DNA of 63,842 bases, filler included, from Phoronis australis (Eukaryota > Animalia > Phoronida), in the NCBI GenBank assembly GCA_002633005.1. It is 8 parts of 8 records of this genome, joined end to end, with 100 filler letters (N's around TTAATTAATTAA, not from the genome) between each part and the next. Parts side by side here need not be neighbours in the genome. Positions count along the whole stretch, not along the records: positions 7,763 to 37,041 come from NMRA01000670.1; 7 more parts are not named here. One strand, given 5' to 3'. Both the position numbers and the translations under genes were made by a program. Below, piece by piece: positions 11,293 through 25,539 of the stretch (its first letter is position 1; every line of letters starts with the position of its first letter). Under the pieces are notes generated by a model, which saw only the letters and a list, made by a program, of their open reading frames with translations, was not told the origin of the DNA and did no database searches.

Positions 11293-14200
11293 GGTCAAAT
11301 CAAAAGCCATTATGCAATATTAAAGAAAGAGGAGAAACCCCCTTCAAAGGCATCTTCTTCAGCAAGAATTACCCATCATATCTGGCCAGTCAGTCATCAG
11401 GCTACACTTGTAAATGTACACTGACAGCCAACAGTGACATCATCAGTTTGTCTGCCATTGAGATACAGCTCATAGATGGTCAAACACTACAAGTAGTGAC
11501 ACACAGTGGTCAACAGGTGTATGACAGCTCCAACATCACACTCAAGCACAACATTGTACAACAACAATCACAAGTCAACATCACTTTCACAACTACTGGT
11601 GATCACAGTGGAGGAAGATTTGCTCTGGCATGTAGTGGTAAGTTCACAGACAGAGAGATCTCTCATTTCTTTAAGTGTCGTCCAGACAGACTTACGCGGC
11701 CAAGAACAAGTTCAACTCCTGGAACGATTTGTTGTTAGGTTGTGAGGCTGGGTGGATGCTATTTTTAAATAGTTGTCTCAAATGGGTAAGTTGCACTATA
11801 ACCTAGTGCAACTTACCTCACTCGTGACAACTTACTACACCTTGTCGAGGTACGGTAACTTGTTCTGGAGTAACTTGCACCACTTCTAATTCCTGTGTGG
11901 CAGCAAACCTGGGACAAGGTGGTTACAGACAAATGGATTCTTTTGTGCGTATTCGCATCAGGTATTGATTGTCGCACAGTCAGAGGGGCAACTTCCACCT
12001 TAGCCTAGTTATCGGATGTATGTGAGTGTGGGCATTCTACAACGACTTAAAAATGGAGTTTTAGTTGCACTAGCGCAATTGGGTGTTCTAGCATAAGCTG
12101 CGTGTGGACAGGACTTAGGTTGCCAACTCGTGAAAAGAATCCTACGTTGAGACCCTAACTGGTCGAGATTGGGCAACTCAGACAGGTTTCCGTACCTCAT
12201 AATCAGCCAGTTTAGACCAAAGACACCATGCTGTTGTGCTTTTCAATGATTTTGAAAGAAGTAGGCCTAAGAATATTTGGGCATTGTATATTAACAAAGT
12301 TTCATAAACAATTTCATAATATCAAATTCCTTTTCTTGAAACATCAGCAAATTCAGGTTTCAGCTACCCAAATTGAAGAGCCCTTTCTAAACTAGCTTAT
12401 GGAACTCTATCAAAATAAACCAGTGATGTCCATGACAATGAAAAAATATCAAGACTCACATTTTGGATTGATGTAAACACATAAGAAATTGCCATTTTCT
12501 TTCAGCATCCCAAATGATAACCACAAAGTGCTACATGACAGCAGCAACAGGACCTACCAGTGTACCCCAGATAACAACACAAGAGCAGTCATCAACTGTC
12601 ATCACCCAAAAGAATGATGACACAACAGTGCCTCCAAGTACAACAACAGCAACAATACCTGTGGAACACACAACACATCCACACACAGAAACGTCTCCTA
12701 TATCCCCAACAGGTAGCCTACAACCATCAATACCACCTGCAACAACCAGCAGGGATTACACAACCAAGACCACTCTCACACCAGAACCATTGTCAACTGT
12801 GACCACCAGTGGGACCAACACTGCAGTCATGACTGAAGAGACAAGTGATGGAGACAATACTACTTTATGTAAGGTCCTTCTAGCTGATCAGATTAATAGA
12901 AGTACAACTACACACCTTTTCATGTGAACAATCGGTGCCAAAACAAAGCAACTCACAATGGTACACTTTAATCAAAAAACAGATTCAGCCATGTTTTCCT
13001 TATACTGACACATAGGTGTTTCTATGAAAATCAGACTTCAAATACCACCAAACTCTTTAATTGAGAAACATAAACACACAAAGACCCTACTTATCCCTAT
13101 GTTTTTCTATTATACTTTACAGACATCATCATTGGCAGTGTTTCAGGCGCAGTGGTCACAATCGTTATCATAGCTTTAGTGGTACTGAAGACAAAAAGGT
13201 AACACTTCCATACATTATGACATAGTTTGTACAATTTTGAACATTTACAGTCTTAATCAAACAAGTGGACAAGTGAAATACGTCAAATGTCCCAATTAAA
13301 AATGTAGAAAATAAATCTGAAACTAAATAAGGCGATCCAGATCCTCCCAAGGATACTATTGTTTCACAAAATGTAGAATATAAAACAAGAAGAATGAATC
13401 AACTGAAATTTTTTAATGTAATAACGTTATTACATCCGAAAATTTCAGTTGATCCATTCTTGTTATTTTATTTACCTATTAAAAATAAATACTAATAATT
13501 TTTTATCTCTAAGTAGGATTGTAGAATATACATTTCATAACACAGTATTTGCCAAAGTTTCCATAATTTGCAGCAAGATTAATAATTCTTTGAAAAATGA
13601 TAATTTAGACAGTTATTTTTGTGCAAAAATTAGAGAAGAATTACAGTAAACTCATAGAGCAATTGAATAATTTTTTTCAGAACATGTCTAAATGATGATG
13701 ATTTACTAAATGATGGGCCCATGACCAATTTACTGGAGAATCTAACTGAAAATCAACCAACAGCATTAAGTCCCATCAAGTAAACATTCAAATTTTACAC
13801 AATGTAATTAGGTAATTTTTAGTTGAATCTCAGGTGAAGTTTTGTGGTCATACGTCCTAGTAGGGAGATGTCAATTAACAGAAGTTTACCAGTTGTTCAA
13901 TGTAATCCTTCAGGAAACACTTCAAAAGTGTGGAGAAACGACCATCTAGGGCAGGAATTCTCCAAGATGACCACGCCCTAGATGAGTTTACAAGCATACC
14001 ATCGACAAATGGGCACCCTAGAGACCAAGCAGTTCTAGGCAAAGAAAATGGTAGCCAAAACTTGACCTTCAGACAAGCAATGAATGACAAACTAGCCAAG
14101 AAGCTCAAGCCTGAAACTAACCTTCCTTATGTTGAATTAGAACCTGAAATCGGCAAATATCAAGACCAAGAACAGAATAACAAGAACAGATCTCAGGGAT

Positions 14201-14595
14201 TGGATTATGGTGATGAGAAAAGGGGTGACCAGAACAGAACTATTGGAAATGGTAAAGAAGGAAAAGGAGGGGTGCCGTACCACATAGAACTGGAACCAGA
14301 GCACAAACACACCTATGATAAAGATGACAAAGTTTCTAATCATAATGAAACTTTCAAGATTGAGTTTGATGAAAACAAGTATGAAGATCCACTGGATTTT
14401 AACACCAGCAATGACTATGATTATGATTATGCATGTTTTTACCAGCCAGATGAGCAACCATCTCATGAGTTGAACAATGATGAAGGTATAAGAAACGAGG
14501 CTGTCTACCATACTATAGAAAGTGCAAGTGACACTGCTGATGAAGACCCATTCAAAGCATGTGACACTGTGGTAGACAACTTAATATATGGTTGA
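11293..14595 (+). CDS. Receptor paralog 1 (5'-partial): CUB-like domain, Thr-rich stalk, TM, Tyr-motif cytoplasmic tail
   Basis: Exons with GT-AG sites and consistent phases: 11293-11637 (CUB-like; LCN..GIFFSKNYPS..CKCTL..GGRFALACS), 12506-12868 (Thr/Pro stalk), 13123-13198 (TM; IIIGSVSGAVVTIVIIALVVLKTKR) and 13914-14595 (tail ending VVDNLIYG*). No signal or lectin exon was found on this contig. Confidence 0.85.
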
Positions 14596-17088
14596 AGAGG
14601 CACTGCTTCAAGGAAGTTGCGCCTGCCACATGTTCTCAATATGTTTCCCACAGCTTTTGATCACAGTAATGTTTTACTGTCTGGACTATCATTTTTGTAT
14701 TCAGACTATCAATGTTTACAATTCTGGCACTTTATTTTAAGTCCCATGTACGATTATTCCATACAATGTCAGTCAGTTTTGATATGACATGATCATATAT
14801 AAATAGTATGCAACAGAAATGCAGCGCAAACCCTATTTTGGATTTTGGTGATCTAGTGTCAGACTTAGAAGCAATGTGGATAATCAGTGACCTCTAGGCA
14901 ATCGTCTCAATCGCATCTCCCATTCATTTCATTCAAAATCATTTTAAATCTTCAAGTTTGTACACTTCAAAAATCCATAGAAGTCTAATGCACAATCTCT
15001 TATTGCCTAATTTATGAGCAGTGCTTGAACTGAAATGACACTTGTTCTCCAGATCAGGTATGTGTCAACAAGGAACCAAATGGCCACTTGACCAACATAG
15101 AGCTAAGTAAGGATAAATAAAGTAGAGGGCTGCTTTCAAATGACCGAATGGCCAACTGAAATGCAATCTAAGATGAAACCAGCTAGATCCAGCACTGCTC
15201 TGTACTTAAAAAAAATTTATAGGGTGTGTTTGACAGTATATGCAGCCACGTGATCAATGTGAGTGTCAGAGCTGGGAAAACATTATGTGCTACATCTCAT
15301 TTCCCAACCAGCAATTATTAATTATAAATGCATTTTACCTGAGTTGGGATTACACTAGCAACTTACTACAGTGCCTGGACTACTGTAACCAGCTTCTTTT
15401 GTTTGAGGACTAGCGAACTGAGATGGGCATCAGTGTAAACAGCTGCCTATTCATGGCAACATTCTTCTCGCCCATTTTAGACACTGTGGACTATAAAAAC
15501 TAAAACTGCAAAAATTTGTAACCTGAAGAAAAGAGAAATAAGGCTTATTACACCTGCTGTTCCTTTGTTGATATGCTCACATGTTGCAATGAGTCAGAGG
15601 TGAATGGCCACATGCATTTTGAGCATGGTTGTTAAAAACTAGGGAAGGATAATAAAACGTTTTCTTATAAGCCATGACCATAAAGCTGTGTTTATTTAAA
15701 CAGGGGTCAAATAAATGGCAGTTACCTTGGTAATCACAATAAACACCAAGAATCAATTTCAAAACATTGCAAACAAACCCCCATGAGAGGCCTACTACAC
15801 AATGACTTGAGATTCGCACTACATGAAAAGATCTAACCTGTTCTTTAGCATTGCCAGTAAAAAAAATAACCACCTAGCATTGGAAGATGCTGTCAGATGT
15901 GTTAATAGTATAAAGAGTTATTAAAGAACGGCTTTCAAATGAAAAAATCTACAACCAATTAGTATTTTTATTATATTGAAGTGAGGACCTCCAAGGAATG
16001 CAGTGAGAACTGATGGGGCTACCCTCATTGTAATAAATAAGTTCAGCATGCACTAAACAAGTCATATGACACTTGGCCTTAAATGATTTTGTTCATGTTG
16101 GATTTATTTATGAAAATGGCCCTGTATATCAGATTTCTCTCTCGTGAGCATCCTACTATGGGACTGATTGTCTCTGATAACAGTCCATGGATTTACAACT
16201 GTTCCCAAAAATTGAAGGACATCTTGCAGAGCACTTAGCCCCTTAAGACCCAAAAGGTATAGGTAAAAAATCAATGTTCAATGCTATGGTCTGCATCGTT
16301 TATGCTCACGAAAAATATTTCTAGAGCCATTAAATTCAGATTCAATGGAAGGAAATTTGTGGCACAAGCTGGCATTATTTTATGTAGTAATTAATGTGCA
16401 CGGTAAGGACACACTCAAATTGATGGGCATGATACCAAATGTAGTTGGTCATGTGAATGATATACTGAGAGTATTATGTAGCAGTCAAAACTGTAACTCA
16501 ATAAAGTATAAGAATGTCTCCATACTGAAGTGTAGGTTCAATGTGTAACTCCTTACATGAAAATAGTGCGATAATCCAAGTGCAATGTTTTCAAAATGCA
16601 CGCCGCTGTAGTAATTCAACAATTGAAAAATGTGTTCATGGGCAATAAACAGATATTTAGAAAGACCTTAAAGAAATTATATGACAAAAATAAGCAACAA
16701 CATCAAAAATACATCAACAACCACAGCGCATAAGAAGTGTCGCCAAAATGTATACAATTAAAACAAGTAATAACCATACTCATAAAACAATATATATGTA
16801 TTGCTATCATAGCTGTTACACCTCCCCATACACACACTTAATGAATGGTTCTCAATGTTGCTCCATGCCAGAAACATAGGATCATTTGCATTGTTTCTGA
16901 ACTGACAAAAACACCATAGCTACAAATGGCCATATAAAACATAAAACATGACATATCACTTGAGGACAAACCTTAACATGCATTGTTTCCTAGGATTCCA
17001 CAGTATCTCAAACCCATTACAGAAAAAAAAACATGATAAAACGAATGCACGGCATTGGACTCTTTTTTGCTGTCCAATATCACCGAGG

Positions 17089-20000
17089 ATGGTTGATATC
17101 CCAGACCAGAACGGTAGGATGGATATACTGAAGGTACTTCTCATTGTGTTCTTCATCAACAAGGCCAAACAAGGTAAGTCAACATTGAAAAATACTGCAA
17201 TTTTGAGAAAATGCTATCAAGTGAGCAACAAAACATTTTCTTGCTTAGCCTTTACATAATTCCCACATTTCCCAAGATCCATCATGTTTACCACAATATT
17301 CTTGAGGAACTGTAAGAAAAACACGAGTATAGCTAATTATTCACGTGTAATCCGAGTCAAGAATCATGGAACATCAATTCTCAATGAATAGATAGACAAT
17401 TTGTGTAGGATAATTTTAACTCTACCCAAGATGTTCGTTACACCCATTTATAACGTCACCATCAGAACACAGTCAACCATGCAGCAACATGTAGTTATAC
17501 ATGTTGGCATTACAGAAGCTTTATTTTCATATCCAAGACAAAAATAAGCTATATTGAATAATTCATATGCTATACATTCCAGGTTGTAGATAATGAGGAC
17601 TAATCCAAAACACACAAGTTCTTACTGCAAAATTCAGAACACTTTAATTAGTTACACCAGTACCTTGTCCCAATTCATTTCCAATTTGTACAGAGATGCA
17701 TCACAACATACTGCAGTACCACATTGGGTATGTTGAGAGAACAGCAGGAAGTTAACGTCTGTCATTTCCAATATAAAGTCCACTTATTACGTTAAAAATT
17801 ACAACAATGAACATTTGCGAAAATTTGTTCCTGTTTCTTTTTACTTTTGTTGATACCCTGAACAAAAACATGTCATTACAGACCATTTGGAAAGGTGGGC
17901 CGTGAATGTCAAGTCAGGATGTATCAACAGTTATGTAGCTGTGAAGTGCTACTCCACCACCTTTGTTGTGTCCGCATCTATCACTTATAAAACAGATTGT
18001 GGATTCAACGGCCTGTGGCAGGCTGGCAGATGGTGTCAGAACCTGGCTACCGCCAATGAGACCTGGTACAAGAGCATTGTCTACAAGTGCTCTTCCAAAC
18101 TGAGCAAGGAATGTACCGTTCCTGTTGGAAGGTTACCAAACGAACAGTGTGGTGATCGAGAAGATGTCATCAATGCATTAGCTATGAATTTCATTTGTGC
18201 AAATAGTAAGTCAAACATGAGTAATATGTGAAAAATCAGGTTTGTATCGCAATATAGTATTCTTTACTACACATAGTAAGCATTGACACCCCCTCAGACT
18301 ATGAACAGAAAATCTTTCTAGTTCCAAAACATTATCGTCATACAAAGTGAAGATAAAATGAAATTATATCAGAAACCATCAACATGGGCACATGACCCCC
18401 AAAGACTGTAAGCCTGTTTACATGAGAACCCAACACACAGCACTGGCATTGTGATCTGTTTTCTACTATTTCAGAATACAGAGTTCGTCACATGTGTAGC
18501 AACTTCTCGACCACTACCAGCAAAGGTATCATACACAGTTCTGGCTACCCTGGGACAACCACAGGCTTTCCTGGGACTCATTTCTGCTTATGTGACCTCA
18601 TATTGCAGCGCAAAACATTACAACTGAGCTTGTCAGTCATAGAGATGTTCCTCGAACAAGGACAAAGATTCACCATCAAGTTTCCCGACTCACCATCGAG
18701 ACCAGCTATAGAATTTAACACAACCTATATGACCAACCACCATATAGTGACTACAAGCAGTAGACTACAGATGGCGTACTACAACAGGGGTGGTCAAGAT
18801 GGAGGCAGATTTGCTGTTGCATTCAGTGGTAGGATCACTAGTCACTGCCTTAATGTGGAACATGATAGCCTATTGTAGTCCAGAATTAAACCATCAATAA
18901 CATCAATGACCAATGATCTTTAATTTTCATTTGTAATCAACACAAGTACTACATGATGTGCATAACTGGCCTGTATGAAGTAAGACCAAACAGACTTGAT
19001 ATCAAGAAATCAGAGAGCTTATTTGTAATGTATGAAAAATGAGCTACAAGCAAGGCAAATGATGACTGACACAAGAAAAATAATTGAATTTTTTCAAATT
19101 TTTTCTTGAAAGATAATCCCAATCTCAGGATTATAAACTCATGCATTGTAGGAATACAGTTATTGCATGTGATCTTTAATAAGAGATTTGTTCTGTTCCT
19201 GCCTTGTAGTGTCGTCACACAATGCTGACATACACCAGACATGTAAACTGGTTCCTCTCCACGTCACTATGGATAAAAACAAAACAACAACAGCAGAAAC
19301 AACTGGATCGACAGCACAGCACATGTGGACAACCGTAGACCTCAGCAGTACACAGCAATTGCAAGTATTGAGATCAACCCATGCCATCAGCAAAGATGTT
19401 ACGACCATGAATGTTTCTATGATATCTGGAAGCACACTGTCACCATCACCACCACTGGCAACAGCATCTAAGCTTCCTGGCAAGGAACTGACTATGACTC
19501 CCACCACCAGTTCTACAGTGCACAAGAAAACATCAACTATGGAAAACGAGCTGAACATTAGCATTGACGGTGAGGTAGGAATCACCAATGCATCATTTGA
19601 AACAACAACGCAGCCAGAGGATCTAGTAACAGTGAAGGGCTCATCTCAAACTGGTAATACTCTGGTGATATTAGAGACCTACGGAAGTGCAGTGGCGATA
19701 AGTGAGGATGAAATGAAGGAACATAAAGGAGAGACAAAACCAATCAACACACCCAAGATTACAATCAAACCCCACAAAAACAACCAGGTCAACCCCACTG
19801 ACAATTATCAGACACAAACAGACCAAAACTGGGTGGAGATAAGTAAGTCTTATCCAAGACTATCCTACCAATCTTAAGTCTTTAAGAACTGAATCAATTT
19901 TCCCGAAATGAGAAAAACATCAGATAATTGTCCACTAATTTGGAACAAAAAATTTCCAGAATGATCATTCTTCAATTTTTCAAAGACTGGTTGTATTGTT

Positions 20001-21205
20001 ACAAATGAACAAACATTTTCAAAGATTGATTGTAATGTTATAAATAAAGACTGATTGTAATGTTATATATGAACTAACATTTTCAAGTGTTGCTTGGTGA
20101 CATCAATATAGTACAAACTATTTTTTAATTTTGTTAATGCCCATTTTTATTATAAATTGTTTGCTATGTTGTGTATCAAATGGGTGAAGACCTACACATT
20201 GACATGAGAAAATTGAAAGTTATCCCGTATCAGATAAACTCAAAACCATAACATTTATTATCTTCCATGTCACCACAATCGATCACTAACAACAATAATG
20301 CTGTTCTGAAATTTAGGTTAAAAATGACCATTTATTTTCTAAAATCTCATATTGTTATTTCAAATAAGTCAAGTGCAAAATTCAGATCAATGTTGTCTTC
20401 ATCATACAAAATTCACAATCTCTTGCAGATATAATTATTGGCAGTTTTGGAGGAATGCTTGGTCTTGCACTCTGCATTATAGCTGTGCTGCTATACATAA
20501 TCCGGTAAGTATTTCACTGTTCACACTGTACCCTAAATATAAACATTACCATAAATCTTCTAAAAGAGTGCTCATTTGACATTAAAGTCATTCATTTTAT
20601 ACAGGAGGAGAAAGACACAGCAGAGTCACAGACCATCTCAGGTAGTGCATACTGACCACCAGGAGACTTTCCACCAATGTTGTAATACTGATGGTGATGT
20701 TTATGAGCAAATACTTGATGAAAATGTCTACTCTAGACAGGACAAACCATACAAGAATCCCTCATCACCAGTTACACACATTAGGCTGTCATCAACACTA
20801 AGTAGGGAGCCGTTGGTACCAAATATTGCTGACATCAGCAAAAATCTAGAGCAGCTACACCCTCCTGAAGACGAAGATGAACACAGTAACATTTACTTTG
20901 AAGTTGATCATGTCAGAGAAAGTGACTTCTCTTGTCAACCTACTGCAGTATATAGTATTGCACATGGGGGTGAACTTTTTAACCATGTTCCTGATAATTT
21001 ATGTGACAGTGAAGGAAATGGAAGATGTGCTCTACCACATGTTGATTATGTCATTGATGCTCAGTTGGAGGCCATTAGAAATAGAGATGATGGAAAGTTC
21101 CAGAATCACCACGGCACCATTAAACAGAATGATTTACTAGCAAAGCATGGAGAGGAGTCCGATACAGAAATGGCCGACAACGAACTGTATAACACCTTGT
21201 GCTAG
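17089..21205 (+). CDS. Receptor paralog 2 (apparently complete, ~690 aa): signal, SUEL/Gal-lectin-like, CUB-like, mucin stalk, TM, Tyr-motif tail
   Basis: Exons 17089-17173 (alternative ATG at 17119), 17882-18205 (8-Cys SUEL-like), 18475-18828 (MCS..GIIHSSGYPG..CLCDL..GGRFAVAFS), 19210-19842, 20429-20504 (TM; IIIGSFGGMLGLALCIIAVLLYIIR) and 20605-21205 (ends MADNELYNTLC*). The spliced length is 2073 nt, in frame, with all introns GT-AG. Confidence 0.87.
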
Positions 21206-21476
21206 AACCTAGATTCTTCACAGAAGTAAGAGAAGATTGTAATTTGATACATGATAGTGACTTCTTTTTTGAGAAATGGTGATGACAATGTCCCAATGGA
21301 AAAAGTCTTGATACCCGCCTGGAATATAGCCATCAACTGTAATGGCACAATATAGCCATCAACTGTAATGGTACAATAGCTAATAAACTAAACACAATAC
21401 ACAGCACAGAGCCCCATTATATACTTCCCTATAAGATAAAAACGCAAACTCATAGCATTCAGACAAGTTTCAATCT

Positions 21477-22760
21477 TCAGTCCTGAAGCGGTTGGTCAGC
21501 CACTGCAAGAGTACTCTTGACAGACCTTTCTCCCATAGATTTTGATAATTTGTGCACAGACATGTTTCCTCCATCACCTGCAGCACCAGTGCTAGATCGT
21601 CTTCCTGACTTGTGTTTTCTGCTAGAAAAGCCATTCACAAGTTGGTCAACAATGTCCATTCTAAATTGCAAATGGTCATAACCTTCCGGAGGAGGGGGTC
21701 CTTGTGAGAACGCTTGTACAAAATAAAAGCATTGACAAAAGATAAGTTCATGGCAAATCAGATGAGATAAGGTCACCATTTCTTCCCTGCCCGTCCAACT
21801 AGATAAGGAGCAATACTGATCAGAGACATCAATTCCACCAAGTGCTGATTGTAATCAGAGTTGATGGAAGGTTTACCCTCACCTGCAAAAAGCTGTGAGC
21901 AAGTAGATAAGAAGGTAAGTTGTCATTTACGTGTCGACCAACTTGAATTATTCAGCGAACAAGGTGGTGGAAAAAAACGATCATAATAAAGATGATGTCC
22001 TTTTTGGTGTAAAGGTTGGGACAATAAGACATCATCATATCCCAGGCCACGCTCTTTGCCATCTTGTTTTTTCCAGTGTAAACTTCGAAGTTTGAGTAAT
22101 AATCAGTTGAAGCTTCACATAACTCTCAAACCTTGATGCCCCACTTAGTTGGTTTGGCGGGCATGTATTGACAAAAATATTTGTCACATAAAACCAATCA
22201 TTGCCTCATTAATACTTAGATCTCGATCTGGGCAATAGTTCTTCAAAAATCTTCCGCAGACATCAATGAGCCCTGGCCTGATTTTATATAGTGGGTCGTA
22301 ATCAGGGCTTACTCAGGCAAGCATGGTAGCTATGTCCCGAACATAAGTATAATCAAATTCAATTTCAAATATCTTGTCTTAGGCATGTACCTTCTGCCAG
22401 GGCTCCAGTGACACTACAATCTTGGCAGTTGCCCGACACCAAAACAATATAAATTGCAAAGTAATTATTACACCCATCTCTTGAGGTGTAGTTGGCAACC
22501 ATATTGAACCTGGCCCATGAGCAGCTCGCAGTTGTTCAGCATACCTGTTAGTTTTGGTAGCAAAAACTTCAAAAATTACTCCGGGGAAAAACAGAGAATA
22601 TTCATAAGGTTTGGCATTTGGAGCTAAATTATACCTTGGACCACAAAAAGTAACATTGAAATTATGCAAATTGAGCGTACAAGGACCGTCAGTCCAGTCG
22701 GAGTTCAGGTCACGTTAATATGGATCATCTTCGCTATCCGATTCATTGGTGTCCTAGCTG
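21477..22760 (-). pseudogene. Decayed piggyBac-type (DDE_Tnp_1_7 / PGBD-like) transposase
   Basis: Minus-strand fragments include YMPAKPTKWGIKV (~22129-22167), DLSINEAMIG, KPSINSDYNQ..GIDVSDQ and HLQFRMDIVDQL. These are characteristic piggyBac transposase motifs, broken by stops and frameshifts. Confidence 0.85.
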
Positions 22761-24202
22761 CAGAATGCACTAAGTTTAGAAACTTCTCTCAGGAGTTAAA
22801 ATGCAACTGTCAATAATGCATTTTTTAAATTGGTTTTGGTACATCACTTGATACTAAATAAAGCACTTTTCAACTATCACTTATATTATCAGTAATGGTT
22901 TTGTACATAACAAAAATAAAATACAGTATTACACCATACGACGTTTTTATTTTTGGCGTCAAACCAAGTGTACTCCAATTCTAATCCGAGCCAGAAATAT
23001 TCATCATCAAAATTTTGCCCGAATGGAAAATCTTAGAATTAAATGTCTTTAATGGCACGAGATATGGTTTGAGTGCCCTTAATAGTGTCTGATCTTACAA
23101 GTTAGGTAAGCAAGAATATTAAGTAAAGTCAAACACATAATTATTGAAATCAATAGTACTGACATTGATGTGGTACAGGTTGGTTCACAATGGACATTTG
23201 TTTAGTGAAAACAAGCTTATGTTTATTACTTGCAATTTCATTGATTGAAAACGTTTTTTGTCTAAAGGAGCATCAACTAGGACATTTAAAAAATTACTAA
23301 AGTACCCAATAAAATTATATATAAGCATTTGTCTACCAATACACACCTGAACCACAGACACTACTGGGTAATAAATAACTACCACAGTTATTTACTGATG
23401 GACAGAGCCAAAGCAGAGATTCTCATTTGATTGCACTGTATACACAGAACCAACCGTAAGCACAGTGAAAGTTTTAATATTTTTTACTTTTCTTTCGTGA
23501 CTTTTGTGGAGTTTATTGCTCAATATCTGGGAGGAATACAGTATTACATGTTCTCGGCCATTAGTTCCCTATTGTACACCTTCATGAGGTGCGACAAATT
23601 CCACTCAGGGTATAAACACTGTAAACAACAGCTTTGACATTTAAGAATCTACACTTAGGTTGATACAAACAATTAATTTTCTTGGCACTCAGTTTTCCTG
23701 GTGATCTGGTCCAGTTCCAAGAAATCTATACCAAGTTACCATATAAGGACAAAAGAAATTCCTATCATGAAAGATGACAATATAAAAAATTATGGACAGT
23801 CATCTGGTTTGTATCCAAGTAAGACATCCTCAAAAAGGGGCCTCTCTGCTGCTTGTCATGTTTACCATAGCAACAGTAATTTTTCATATGCAATCATTGA
23901 CATATAAACCAAACTTTCCTCCAACTAAGACTTGGGCAAAAAAAGCATAACAGACAGTAGCAGGTTCTCCAGTAGCTGACAATATTGCCAGGGGCAGCCC
24001 ATTTCAGGAGCTCTGATCCTGAGTTTAGGTTTCATAATTGATCTCAAAATTAACCAGAAAGTTCAGAGTCCATAAACATCTGTTCACAAGTGTCCCATAA
24101 TGCAACTACTACTTGTAAGTTAAGGTTGTGTAGGATCTTATCAACAAGTTTGTGTATTTAACTAAATATGTGCAAAAGCATACACTTTAACTTAGTGAAA
24201 GT

Positions 24203-24224
24203 ATATACACATACACATACACAT

Positions 24225-24285
<61 letters not shown>
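24203..24285. repeat. Compound (CA)n-(TA)n microsatellite
   Basis: Read directly. It abuts the 5' end of the USP remnant. Confidence 0.9.
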
Positions 24286-24289
<4 letters not shown>

Positions 24290-24933
24290 GTATACATCAA
24301 CTCCGTCTGAAATTTTGAATAAACTAAGATTACAGAACAACTCTCTTGGCAACGGAAGTCAACAGGATGCCCATGAATTTTTACTATGGTGACTGAACCA
24401 ATGGCACGTTGACACGCTTGCTCACAACGCTGATAATGTAACGTCTGAGGTTACTAGTACCTTCCAACACGTAAAGAAGCAAACTAGGAGCTGTAATAAC
24501 TGCACAACAACAAAGGAAAAAACACAGATAGTTGACCGTCTACCTCCCAACGCTAAGGAAAGAAATAACTATGCAGGAGTTGTGGCACAGCTTGTGGACG
24601 TCGTTGGACATCGAGGACTTTAGTTGCCCAAACTGTAATAGTCTCAGTGGCCAGCTCACATGGTCATTAGTAAAACCGCCAAAATACCTTTGTATTCATA
24701 TCTTACGTACCGCGACTAATGGTGAAAAAATCAACACAAAGATTTCCTCGTATGACCTCTCCGGCTACAAAATAAAAGCAGTCATTGAACACCATGGAAG
24801 AAAGACGACGGGTGGTCATTATACATGCTGTGTTAAATCGTCAGCATGGGAATGGATAAATTTTGACGACTCTACAGTCACAAGTACATCCAAGCCTCCC
24901 CAGGATGCCTACATTGCAATATATGAATTATAA
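24290..24933 (+). pseudogene. Intronless ubiquitin-specific protease (peptidase C19/USP) remnant
   Basis: Motifs QQDAHEFL, CNNC and CPNC zinc-ribbon cysteines, PKYLCIHILR, His-box AVIEHHGRKTTGGHYTCCVK..WINFDDS and the terminal DAYIAIYEL. There is an in-frame TGA at 24390-24392 and a frameshift near 24531, and the catalytic Cys-box is absent. Confidence 0.85.
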
Positions 24934-25539
24934 ACCAACAAAGGAAATCAACATAAAAAATATGGCGCAATTTCAACATCAACGTCGCATATCACATCTG
25001 ACGCAGCCAANATAGTAACCTTAGGTCTTTTGGGAATTTGTGGCCACCTGTCGAAGACTTGCACCAGGGAAATTAGCAGTAATAAGGCTTAGCGCGACGA
25101 CGTATTTTGATAAAAATTCCATCTTTTACCAGTTGTTTACATGCAGATAGCCACGCATGCGCTATTCAATCACCACTAGTACAGCAGCGACACCCCGAGG
25201 AGAATTCTCCGAATAGCCCCATTTCAACTTACAGTTACCCGCTGCATTTGACTAGATGGTGATAATGTTATGTTGCTGGGATTGTCAAATAAGATTAGTT
25301 GATGTGAACTACCTAAGACATGGAGTTACTTCTTTAATAAATTCAAATTTGACTTTCAAACTAGTCACACCTAATGTCGGCACTGGGGTTTGCCTATTGT
25401 TTAGTGTGACGTCACTGTGATGTCGAGAATTGAACACGAAAATAACAAAAACAAAAACAAGAGCAACGCAGAGCGTTGAAATGCGCCCACGAATGCATTG
25501 CAAATGGTGTGTTTTTAGGGTTGTTTATTAATATCATAA

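Noticed and set aside
14137-14511. Hydrophobic minus-strand ORF (and similar antisense ORFs at 19160-19588 and 32377-32703)
   Set aside because: These are antisense shadows of the plus-strand receptor exons.
24390-24392. In-frame TGA in the USP as selenocysteine or readthrough
   Set aside because: A frameshift follows and the catalytic Cys-box is missing, so pseudogenisation is the simpler explanation.
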